DNA of 24,882 bases, taken from the IMG/VR virus record IMGVR_UViG_3300020161_000746, positions 1-24,882 of that record, one strand, 5' to 3'. The notes under the pieces are model-generated. The model was not told the origin of the DNA, ran no database searches, and saw nothing but the letters and a program-made list of their open reading frames with translations. Of this stretch, positions 17,267 to 24,882 are shown piece after piece. The position numbers and the translations under genes are program-made. The stretch is from a virus. Its lineage: Duplodnaviria > Caudoviricetes. Position 1 is the first letter of the stretch, and each line of letters opens with the position of its first letter.

Positions 17267-18520
17267 TTAGAGAAACCATGATGAGGATGGCTTACTAGAT
17301 TTACTGCCTGATTTCATTGATGCTTTGCTAGTTTGCCTAGCAACTTCACCAAATAACTCATTAGACTTTTTGGTGATTCCTGACTTTTGAATTGTAGAGA
17401 GGGTGGGATCTTTCTCAATAATCTTGAGAAGTAAACCAACCTTAACCTTCAATTCATGATTTTCAGGACGCTTCAACTCTAGGATGGTACGATCAAAATC
17501 TGTGAGTGTCTCACCAGATGGTGTCTTGTACTTATCAACTAGAAGGAAATCTTGTAGTTCACCAGCAAGCTTTGGGTTAATTGGAATACCGTCAAACTCT
17601 TTTGCTTTAAGCTTGTCTTGTAAGACAGTTTGAACGTTACTTATATATTGCTGTTTAACAGCTGCTTGTTGTTGTAATTGTGTTTCTCTTTGCTGTTCCA
17701 TCTGAGTAAGCTTTGCAGCTTCCTTCTTAACCAACACTTTATGGTGTTTTGTTGCAACAGTTTCAAGATCACCGTAGTTTTTCAAACGTTCAACTTCTGT
17801 TACTACATCCTCAGGATCAAACCCTTGGTCAGTTAAAGCTTGTTTTAGGATTGCCACTTGATTTGACTCATCTGACAAATCCATTTCTGAAAAACTCTTT
17901 ATATTGTTATATGCACCGAAATATTCTTTAGGATCAACACCTTTTACAAAGATTGCTTCAAAAGCTTGTTGATAGTCTTCTCCAAACTGTCCAATGAAAT
18001 TGTTCACCACTTCAATTGCTCCTTTCTTCTTTTCAGCATTGAATCTCTCAAGAAATTCTTCAGGAGTTGAGATGTTGATTTCCTCTTCATCATCATCAGT
18101 TGAGAATACACCAAGTTTCAAAAGATCTTTAGAAAGAGCTGCAAATTGGGAAACTTCTGGTTCTTCCTCTTCATCAGATTCAGCCACTGGAGCTTCTTCT
18201 TTCTTCTTAGCAGGAACAGGCGTTTCTTCTTCATCCTCAGTGTCATCATCATCACCTCCATACAGGAAGTCTTGGATGTTCACTTTAGATTCTTCGTCTT
18301 TCTTAGCCTCTTCCTGAGCAGGAGCTTGTTTAGAAGCTTTCTTCTCTGGAGCAGGCTCATCTTTAATATCTTTAATATCTTTAATATCATCTGGAGAACT
18401 TGTGGCGGTTTCTGGTGACATCAGATCATTTAAAAGATCCGCATTTCCCATACCCATTTCCATTGTGTTCTCAATACTAAAGTTACCAAATGACTGGTTT
18501 ATATCTAAATTTTCGGCCAT
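17267..18520 (-). CDS. Acidic scaffold-like protein upstream of MCP
   Basis: 417 aa with a disordered D/E-rich N half and a helical/coiled-coil C half, located between portal and MCP. Confidence 0.65.
   Translation of the reverse strand: MAENLDINQSFGNFSIENTMEMGMGNADLLNDLMSPETATSSPDDIKDIKDIKDEPAPEKKASKQAPAQEEAKKDEESKVNIQDFLYGGDDDDTEDEEETPVPAKKKEEAPVAESDEEEEPEVSQFAALSKDLLKLGVFSTDDDEEEINISTPEEFLERFNAEKKKGAIEVVNNFIGQFGEDYQQAFEAIFVKGVDPKEYFGAYNNIKSFSEMDLSDESNQVAILKQALTDQGFDPEDVVTEVERLKNYGDLETVATKHHKVLVKKEAAKLTQMEQQRETQLQQQAAVKQQYISNVQTVLQDKLKAKEFDGIPINPKLAGELQDFLLVDKYKTPSGETLTDFDRTILELKRPENHELKVKVGLLLKIIEKDPTLSTIQKSGITKKSNELFGEVARQTSKASMKSGSKSSKPSSSWFL
18359..18388. repeat. 9-bp tandem repeat x3 (DIK-DIK-DIK)
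   Basis: atctttaat-atctttaat-atctttaat-atc, in frame within the disordered region of the scaffold-like gene. Confidence 0.85.
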
Positions 18521-18549
18521 ATGTAGTTCTATTTATCTGGTTTTCAATG

Positions 18550-18580
18550 TAAAAGTATAAAACATTATTATATTAGCAAA
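18550..18580 (-). promoter_or_regulatory. Bacteroidota sigma-A-like promoter (variant) driving the scaffold/MCP block
   Basis: Minus strand TTTG-N19-TACTTTTA, 29 nt upstream of the ATG at 18520. Confidence 0.65.
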
Positions 18581-18638
18581 GAGATAGTATATCATCCAAC
18601 CCAATTTTCACGATAATATAGCATTAAATTATTTTACT

Positions 18639-19169
18639 CTAATCTAAATTGTTTAAAACTGAATCGTTTATGATTCTATAACTTCGTATTGGAGCTATGT
18701 CAGTAAGCGTAACTTGTTGTACATCAACGCCCCACTTCCTTGCTTCAACTCTAACTTTCTTTGTAAGAAGGTTATCTAGCTCTAAATCAAGACATGCTTC
18801 TAGCGGAGTGGTAATTATTATGTTCTTTATAATAGACTGTGCCATATCAGCTAATGCATCCTGTGCATCAAACACCTCAAGTAGGAAAATCTTTACATCA
18901 GATATTTTATATTTAATCACTCCTTTAACAACAATGTTCTGTTTGTCCTGTGTATACAACGATTGAGCAGATAAACTTAATGTTGTAACTACAACGTGGT
19001 GACTTATCACTTCATCAAATATTGGAAGTTTCACGTGGAACCCTGGACCTAACACTTTAATAAATTTACCATTCCTAAGAAGAACGGCTTGTTCATAATT
19101 AGGAATAATGATGGCAGGCATAATATATGCCCACCATTCTGTAATTACATCTATAAGTCTATCAAACAT
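18639..19169 (-). CDS. SPFH / band-7 (stomatin-like) domain protein
   Basis: YEQAVLLRNGKFIKVLGPGFHVKLPIFDEV, QSLYTQDKQNIVVKGVIKYKISD and WGVDVQQVTLTDI are characteristic SPFH motifs. Confidence 0.9.
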   Translation of the reverse strand: MFDRLIDVITEWWAYIMPAIIIPNYEQAVLLRNGKFIKVLGPGFHVKLPIFDEVISHHVVVTTLSLSAQSLYTQDKQNIVVKGVIKYKISDVKIFLLEVFDAQDALADMAQSIIKNIIITTPLEACLDLELDNLLTKKVRVEARKWGVDVQQVTLTDIAPIRSYRIINDSVLNNLD

Positions 19170-21754
19170 TATTTAGTTTTTTTAGCTCTTCCTTTAGCAT
19201 TTTCTTTAGCAACGGCTAAATCATTTGCTTGGTTTTCTCTAGCCACTTGTAATTTTTCTTTCTCAACTTGTAACTTCTGAGCAGCTAATGTATTCTTTGA
19301 TTGTATGTCAGCCATTTTTATTTGGTAATCTCTAGCAGCTTTAGATTGCTCATTTGCTAATTTACTCACCTCAAGAACATCAGGAACTTCATTTGCATTA
19401 ACATCTTCACTTTCCACTTTACCAAATCCTGTAGCTTGAATGATAGCAATCTCTTTCTTACTAATCCTATCAAGTTCTTTTTGATAATCATCATGTGCAA
19501 GCTTCTGCTCATTCTGAAGTTGTGCTTGTTCCATTTGTGCTTGAGCAATTTGTTGTTGTTGCTCCATTTGTTGCTGCTGTTGCTGCATTTGTTGATCCTG
19601 AAGCTGTTCTTGCCTTTCTTTCAATGTTTTGAACACCTTCTTCATCTGCCTAATAGAGTTGGTAGAATAGAGCTCAATTATATCGTGGAGACTTCCACCA
19701 TTCTGAAGAACAGCTTGAGACAGTCCTCTAATTTCAGTGAACATTTGTTTATCTTCAGGTCTATTAGTAGCAAACACTTTAAGATCACGGAATTTGAGTT
19801 CTGAACCATTCACTTGAACAAATGCAGATTCTCCTTCAGATGTAATGTATGATAGGGTGGATTGAGGTTTTTTAGATTCAACGTACAGAGAAGCATCAAT
19901 GATTGCTTGATACAACTGACCTAACACATACTCATGAGCTACAAACAAAGGTTCTGTTTGAGCATATGATTGTGTAATAGCAGCATTTGTTCCTGTAGCA
20001 GACTCACTAGCTGTAATTGATCCCATTCTTTGCCTAGACATACCCACAAGTTCCCAGCACTCATTCTTCAATTGCATAGCTAGATTATACCTTGCTTGAA
20101 TCTCCTGCGTACGCGTGAGGTCTAAGCTTGTATATTGGTTGAAACTTGATGGGCTCTTAAGATTCTCTGGAGAATCATCAATAAATACAACACCTCTATT
20201 ACGTGCTTCCATTTCCCAAATATCAAGAGCATCTTGTGCATCTCCATCCTTAGGAATAGGAATATGTCTAATAGACATAAGTTGCACCTTACCCACTTCC
20301 TTCTCAAGAAGTTTATAAAGCTGGTTCATACAAACATTGTATAACACTTGGAAAGGCTTCATCATATCAACAAGACTCTTAGCTTCTGTATTCTTCACTT
20401 CATAGGTGATTCCTATGATTGGACAATAGTTCAGAAGTTTGAATGGTTTGATGTGATAGATGTCTGGACCAATCTTTGTTCCCTGATACCACTGGTTAAT
20501 CCATCCCCATTCCAAAGACTGTTCTGTAGGAATAGTTCCAGATTTGTAGCTTTCATCAACTAATGTGGATTGCTCGTTACCAAGTTCATCAGTGTAGATG
20601 AGCTTACCTATCTTTTTCTTACTTAACCAATATGCCCTAACTACAACATACTTGTATCCAAATGAAGACACATTAGATGTAAGACCTAAGAAGTCTTTAA
20701 GACCATCGTTGTTCTCCTTCATTTCACTCTCGATAATCATACGGGTTTGAAGGACCAGTGGATCATATGTATCGTAGGTAACTGAGTCAATACCAGGAGT
20801 GACATTGGGGTTACCTAGATTAGATTCACGGACATTAATCAGTCCATAGTCTTGGAGAGAACTTCTGAGATGATCTATTTCTTCTTTGGTCAGGTCAGGA
20901 ATTGATTCAATTATTTCTGAAAGCTCCATAACTTGCACAGTACCAGCAGTGTATGCTCCTTGTGCCCTACCTGTAGGATCAGATATATACTTCCTATCTG
21001 GTGTAGTGAGGAACCATGTGTTCTTAGGGTTTGCCACTTCAATGTTATACCCAACCTTTGAGTTGTCCTCATAGATGTGATAGAACTCCCTAGCTGAAAT
21101 CAGCATATCTCTAAATGCATCTTCAGACTTTTCTTTCAGAGTGAAGTCAGCCTTCTGGCATGTAAGAACGTGGTTAGCCCACTTCTCAGCTACAGATGTA
21201 TAGTTGTCAAGTTCATCCTTCACTTCTTCCATTGTCATTTGTTCAAGCTGCTCATCTTCAATCTCCTCACCTGACATTGCAAGTTTTTCTGCAATCTTCT
21301 GTCTAGCTTGATTCATTACATACTCCTGAAGAATCTGTGTTTTAAATTCAAGTTCTTCAGACTGACTGTCATCATCAAATGCTTTAATCCTAAATGCATC
21401 AGGACGTTTTGATATTTCTCCTACAAGTTCATTGATAGGTGTAGTGATGATGGAATAGTGCTTAACATACCCAGGAAGACCTAAATCAGCCGTAAGCATA
21501 TCTGTAAAACTCTTAACTTGGGGCTCTTGATAGAAATCCTCCATACGAAGAATTCCTTTTACAAGATCGTAATTCTTAACAAATGTATCCCTATTCTTTA
21601 CATACTCAGCATAAGCTTTGTTAGCAAAATAGTCCATTGTATTCTTAATCCAACTCTCATCTTGTTTCTCTTTCTCAGTTTTAAACTGATCAGGAAATAT
21701 ATTAAGATAGGCATACCTTATAGTAGCATCCTTTGTATATCTAATTATTGCCAT
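19169..21754 (-). CDS. Portal protein
   Basis: 861 aa directly downstream of TerL. Motifs INELVGE and LVGMSRQRMGSI, with a long Gln-rich C-terminal coiled coil (barrel) as in P22/crAss-type portals. Confidence 0.85.
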   Translation of the reverse strand: MAIIRYTKDATIRYAYLNIFPDQFKTEKEKQDESWIKNTMDYFANKAYAEYVKNRDTFVKNYDLVKGILRMEDFYQEPQVKSFTDMLTADLGLPGYVKHYSIITTPINELVGEISKRPDAFRIKAFDDDSQSEELEFKTQILQEYVMNQARQKIAEKLAMSGEEIEDEQLEQMTMEEVKDELDNYTSVAEKWANHVLTCQKADFTLKEKSEDAFRDMLISAREFYHIYEDNSKVGYNIEVANPKNTWFLTTPDRKYISDPTGRAQGAYTAGTVQVMELSEIIESIPDLTKEEIDHLRSSLQDYGLINVRESNLGNPNVTPGIDSVTYDTYDPLVLQTRMIIESEMKENNDGLKDFLGLTSNVSSFGYKYVVVRAYWLSKKKIGKLIYTDELGNEQSTLVDESYKSGTIPTEQSLEWGWINQWYQGTKIGPDIYHIKPFKLLNYCPIIGITYEVKNTEAKSLVDMMKPFQVLYNVCMNQLYKLLEKEVGKVQLMSIRHIPIPKDGDAQDALDIWEMEARNRGVVFIDDSPENLKSPSSFNQYTSLDLTRTQEIQARYNLAMQLKNECWELVGMSRQRMGSITASESATGTNAAITQSYAQTEPLFVAHEYVLGQLYQAIIDASLYVESKKPQSTLSYITSEGESAFVQVNGSELKFRDLKVFATNRPEDKQMFTEIRGLSQAVLQNGGSLHDIIELYSTNSIRQMKKVFKTLKERQEQLQDQQMQQQQQQMEQQQQIAQAQMEQAQLQNEQKLAHDDYQKELDRISKKEIAIIQATGFGKVESEDVNANEVPDVLEVSKLANEQSKAARDYQIKMADIQSKNTLAAQKLQVEKEKLQVARENQANDLAVAKENAKGRAKKTK

Positions 21755-23784
21755 TATGTAAAAAGTTTATTTCTTTTATATTTACTTGTACCAAACATTC
21801 CTCCTCTTGATTCAGTGAACAAGGAATTGTTTTTATTCTTTATAAACATTGACTGAATCCTAGGATCACCTGATCCTCCCACTCTACCCAATATAGGATC
21901 CATTTTATAAGCTTGGGCAATTGCCAGTTCTGCTGCTACAATTCTATCAAAGTTACCCTGATCATTATATTGTATAACCTCTTCTAGTAAAACAGGGTCA
22001 AATATCTTATTCACTCCTGTAACCTGTTTGATTACAACTCCTTCATCATTTTTCTCTATAAGCAATGATTCTTCCAAATACTTCTTCAAGCAGTTGTGAA
22101 GATAATCAATCACCTTCTGAGATGAACGATGAATCCCATATTCTCTCTTAACTGTTGTGTTAGGAACCACCTCATGTAACCATTGAGGTTGTTTCTCTAA
22201 ATAGTGAGCATCCCCTTTTGCTTTCATATATTCTATGAAAGAGATGTCATCATTCTCACACAGTGTCCTAGCATTGTAATACTTTATAAGAAGCCTAGCC
22301 TGTTCTTCCCACGTTTCCTTCTTCTCAGGTCTAGCTACATACGAAGCTACGAACATATCCTGATATTTCTCACCAGTGAGATCGTGCATTCTCTTATATA
22401 CATATACGGCTCCTAGAGAGGAACTATATGCAGATTGTCCCTGTCTATAGGGATCCACCCCTGCTACATACAATCCATACGGAGGGTTGGCAACAGGGAA
22501 TTCATAAATTACAATAGGAGCATCTTTCAGATCGCTGTTTTTCAGAGGAAAGTTTGTAATAGGTTGTTTGTCCGTAAAATCATGTCCTATTTTATCCTCA
22601 TCAGCGTACAAAACAACAGGAGTGCCCGTACGCTCATTCTGAAGAATCCTAGTCTTCTGCCTTTTGGCAGCTTCAATATCAAATATATTAGTGTCCTCGT
22701 TAAGGAATATATCATCAACTTCTAATGGATAGTACATCTTCTCTTTCAGATAGGCTATCCTGTCTCCTGCTTTTTTGAGACGTTCTAAATTAGATATGGT
22801 TATTTGGTTAGCCTTTTCCTCATTGCTAACAAGCATTGGTATTTTGTAAAGATCACTATCTTTAGGTTCTTGAAGAAACTCACCAAGCGTGGATTCTTCT
22901 TTGGCTTCCATTCTATATTTATTAGAAATGAAAAGTCCATGTACCCTTGTTGTATCCTTCTCATTGTTATATGTAAGAAAATTAAAATTGTCTACATCGA
23001 ACATTAAGCTCTTTGCATCCATAAATCTCTTCATATCACCACCTGTACCTGTAAGGATAGGAGAACAACCCCATCCAAATGGTGTTGTAAAACCTGGCAC
23101 AGCTGCTTGGAAACCTCGAAGAAAACTTCCCTTACCAATCTCATCTATAATTAGTTTACGTGGTTTTGTACCTGCAATAGCCTCTTCGTTATTACCTTCA
23201 TCAAGGTTTCTGATAAGAATCTGAGAGAATGGAATCCTCTCTCCTGATTTAGTTTTAATACCAAGGGTCACTTGGTTCTTCCAGTTGTCCTCAATCCTTT
23301 GCCATCTCCATGCTTCTGGTAAGAAGTTCAATCCCTTATCAATCTTATCTGTAATAAGCTTTATATCTGGAGCATTCAATCCAGAAATAATGTTTTGGGA
23401 GTTTTCATCAAATGTAGCTCCCCATGCAACATAGGAACTTTCAATAACAGACTTAGCCAAACGCCTAATGCCTAGAATAACTAGTCCTTTCTTTTCGTTT
23501 TGTGCTCTGTCTATCTCGTTGGTTATAATCCACTCATTATCCCTAAGCAATGGATTGGAGTATTTCTGAGAAATTCTTCCTCTATCATCTATAATATCCA
23601 CCTCTGTATTCCAGAAGTTTAGGTGCCAATATAAAAAGGGGTTGATATACACCCCATTAATCATAGCTCCATTTAAACATAAATCCTTATGAAAATTAAA
23701 GAATGCTTTATGCTCCTCACTTTCTTTGTCAGGAATTCTTGGCTGGTTAATGTACCAATCTTTATAATCTATAGACTGTATCAT
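21754..23784 (-). CDS. terL: Terminase large subunit
   Basis: Walker A-like GIRRLAKS, Walker B LIIDEIG, coupling motif TGT, and RNase H-like nuclease residues VAGVDPY...END...NFDRIVA. Confidence 0.92.
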   Translation of the reverse strand: MIQSIDYKDWYINQPRIPDKESEEHKAFFNFHKDLCLNGAMINGVYINPFLYWHLNFWNTEVDIIDDRGRISQKYSNPLLRDNEWIITNEIDRAQNEKKGLVILGIRRLAKSVIESSYVAWGATFDENSQNIISGLNAPDIKLITDKIDKGLNFLPEAWRWQRIEDNWKNQVTLGIKTKSGERIPFSQILIRNLDEGNNEEAIAGTKPRKLIIDEIGKGSFLRGFQAAVPGFTTPFGWGCSPILTGTGGDMKRFMDAKSLMFDVDNFNFLTYNNEKDTTRVHGLFISNKYRMEAKEESTLGEFLQEPKDSDLYKIPMLVSNEEKANQITISNLERLKKAGDRIAYLKEKMYYPLEVDDIFLNEDTNIFDIEAAKRQKTRILQNERTGTPVVLYADEDKIGHDFTDKQPITNFPLKNSDLKDAPIVIYEFPVANPPYGLYVAGVDPYRQGQSAYSSSLGAVYVYKRMHDLTGEKYQDMFVASYVARPEKKETWEEQARLLIKYYNARTLCENDDISFIEYMKAKGDAHYLEKQPQWLHEVVPNTTVKREYGIHRSSQKVIDYLHNCLKKYLEESLLIEKNDEGVVIKQVTGVNKIFDPVLLEEVIQYNDQGNFDRIVAAELAIAQAYKMDPILGRVGGSGDPRIQSMFIKNKNNSLFTESRGGMFGTSKYKRNKLFT

Positions 23785-24113
23785 CCTCTACTTTTAAGAA
23801 AGTCTTCAGCCATAGAGCTGAGCTCTCCCTTACCTCTCACCTCAATTTTAGCCTCTTCCATTTTTCTAAGCTTATCCACCACTTCCACTAGAGCTAGATA
23901 GTTCTTCATAGTTTCCTGAACAAACTTACCCTGTGCTTCGATAGATGCAATCACCATAGGAAGCATTCCTCCTTTGGCTGTGGGTTTCCACTCAATCCTG
24001 TCCTTCAATTCATGAAGGGGATTGGCATCAACATAAGCTCTCCAGCTCTTAAGCTGTTCTTCAGCCCATTCAAGCTCTGTATTAACGTATGTAGTTTTCT
24101 TAATGGTTGCCAT
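23781..24113 (-). CDS. Hypothetical protein, candidate terminase small subunit
   Basis: 110-aa helical protein with an ATGA overlap with terL. Assignment by position only. Confidence 0.45.
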   Translation of the reverse strand: MATIKKTTYVNTELEWAEEQLKSWRAYVDANPLHELKDRIEWKPTAKGGMLPMVIASIEAQGKFVQETMKNYLALVEVVDKLRKMEEAKIEVRGKGELSSMAEDFLKSRG

Positions 24114-24337
24114 TATAGCTCCTCTAGTTTTTTATTAATATTATCCACTTCAGCTCTTAACTTAATTATTTGTAAATTAGCCTCTGCTCGCCTATTGTAA
24201 TAAAACTGTTTTAGCTTTTCGAGTATTTCTCGTTCACCTTCTATAGTTTCATCTGATAGAGATAAATAGTCATTAATTGACTCTGTAGTTTTAGCTTCGT
24301 AAACTAAGTTCTCTTCTAAGTTTTCTTTAATATTCAT
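24113..24337 (-). CDS. Hypothetical acidic coiled-coil protein (74 aa; start revised to ATG at 24337)
   Basis: The ATG at 24337 (MNIKENLEE) overlaps the end of the upstream gene. The stop overlaps the next ATG (TAATG). Confidence 0.6.
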   Translation of the reverse strand: MNIKENLEENLVYEAKTTESINDYLSLSDETIEGEREILEKLKQFYYNRRAEANLQIIKLRAEVDNINKKLEEL

Positions 24338-24608
24338 TGTCTTCTTTTTTAAATAAACTGTCAAGGTCCATACCTTCCTTTATAATCTGATCTATATCAA
24401 CATCGTCTGTATGAGGAACATCCATCTCCAACTCACCTTTATACTTAGTTAAAGCATAAAGGAGCTCCTTATCTGTCAACCCCCACGTGTCTCCATACCC
24501 ATCTAAAGCTGTTGCTATGTGTCTACCCATATTATAATTAGGGTAGAGCGTATGTAGTTCTTGGAGAGCAGATACCACCTTATTGTAATAATTGGTTCTC
24601 TTGCTCAT
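24327..24608 (-). CDS. Hypothetical protein
   Basis: 93-aa ORF tightly packed in the same operon. Confidence 0.7.
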   Translation of the reverse strand: MSKRTNYYNKVVSALQELHTLYPNYNMGRHIATALDGYGDTWGLTDKELLYALTKYKGELEMDVPHTDDVDIDQIIKEGMDLDSLFKKEDNEY

Positions 24609-24612
24609 TTCG

Positions 24613-24795
24613 TCATTTTGTTATAATACCTGCTGTTGATGCTGACAGTTTTGTCAAGCTAGGACTAACTACATCATCAATAAGTTTCTTAATCTGTTCG
24701 TTTGCTGAGGCTTTTACATCCTCTGACACACCTGGTGTAGCCACAAGAGCCCCAAGTTTCTCAATAACAATCCATGCTTCTACTGCTGGGTTCAT
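24613..24795 (-). CDS. Hypothetical protein
   Basis: 60-aa ORF with an ATGA overlap with the upstream partial gene. Confidence 0.65.
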   Translation of the reverse strand: MNPAVEAWIVIEKLGALVATPGVSEDVKASANEQIKKLIDDVVSPSLTKLSASTAGIITK

Positions 24796-24882
24796 AATAG
24801 TTGGTTTAAATCTTCGTCAGATAGCTTCTTATCTATCTTAATATCTTTATCAATATCTTCTTCAGAAATGTTATCAAAATTG
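24792..24882 (-). CDS. Partial ORF (3' end; begins outside the window)
   Basis: Reads ...NFDNISEEDIDKDIKIDKKLSDEDLNQLL*, with TGA overlapping the next ATG. Confidence 0.6.
   Translation of the reverse strand, partial: NFDNISEEDIDKDIKIDKKLSDEDLNQLL

Noticed and set aside
19169-23784. Inteins or introns in TerL or portal
   Set aside because: Both ORFs are uninterrupted and of ordinary size, with no recognisable intein splice-junction or LAGLIDADG blocks.
1-24882. Stop-codon reassignment, known in some Crassvirales
   Set aside because: Genes are full length in code 11, and TAA, TAG (9418, 11496, 18639) and TGA (11641, 14211, 23781) all occur at sensible gene ends.

Overview
This window is the virion morphogenesis module of a crAss-like (Crassvirales-type) podophage, most likely infecting a Bacteroidota host. 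All credible genes lie on the minus strand, densely packed in the standard genetic code. Order from right to left: small ORFs, candidate TerS, TerL, portal, an inserted SPFH gene, an acidic scaffold-like protein, major capsid protein, a ~170-nt structured non-coding segment, an HNH endonuclease, conserved post-capsid and ring proteins, an auxiliary capsid-like protein, hub/fibre genes, an HTH-metallophosphoesterase, a ring protein, an IHF/HU-like protein, a tail tubular protein and the tail stabilisation ('muzzle') protein. Three ORFs are missing from the supplied track: 1..842, 11496..11639 and 24792..24882. The most striking observation is that the muzzle gene appears split. The 1426-aa part ends in Thr tracts and four Cys-x-Leu-x-Gly-x-Ala repeats. 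Muzzle-like sequence resumes two genes later, behind a ~75-aa domain shared with the intervening Thr-rich gene, which suggests a modular docking system at the tail tip. Functional names rest on motifs and synteny recalled from crAss-like phages, not on database searches.
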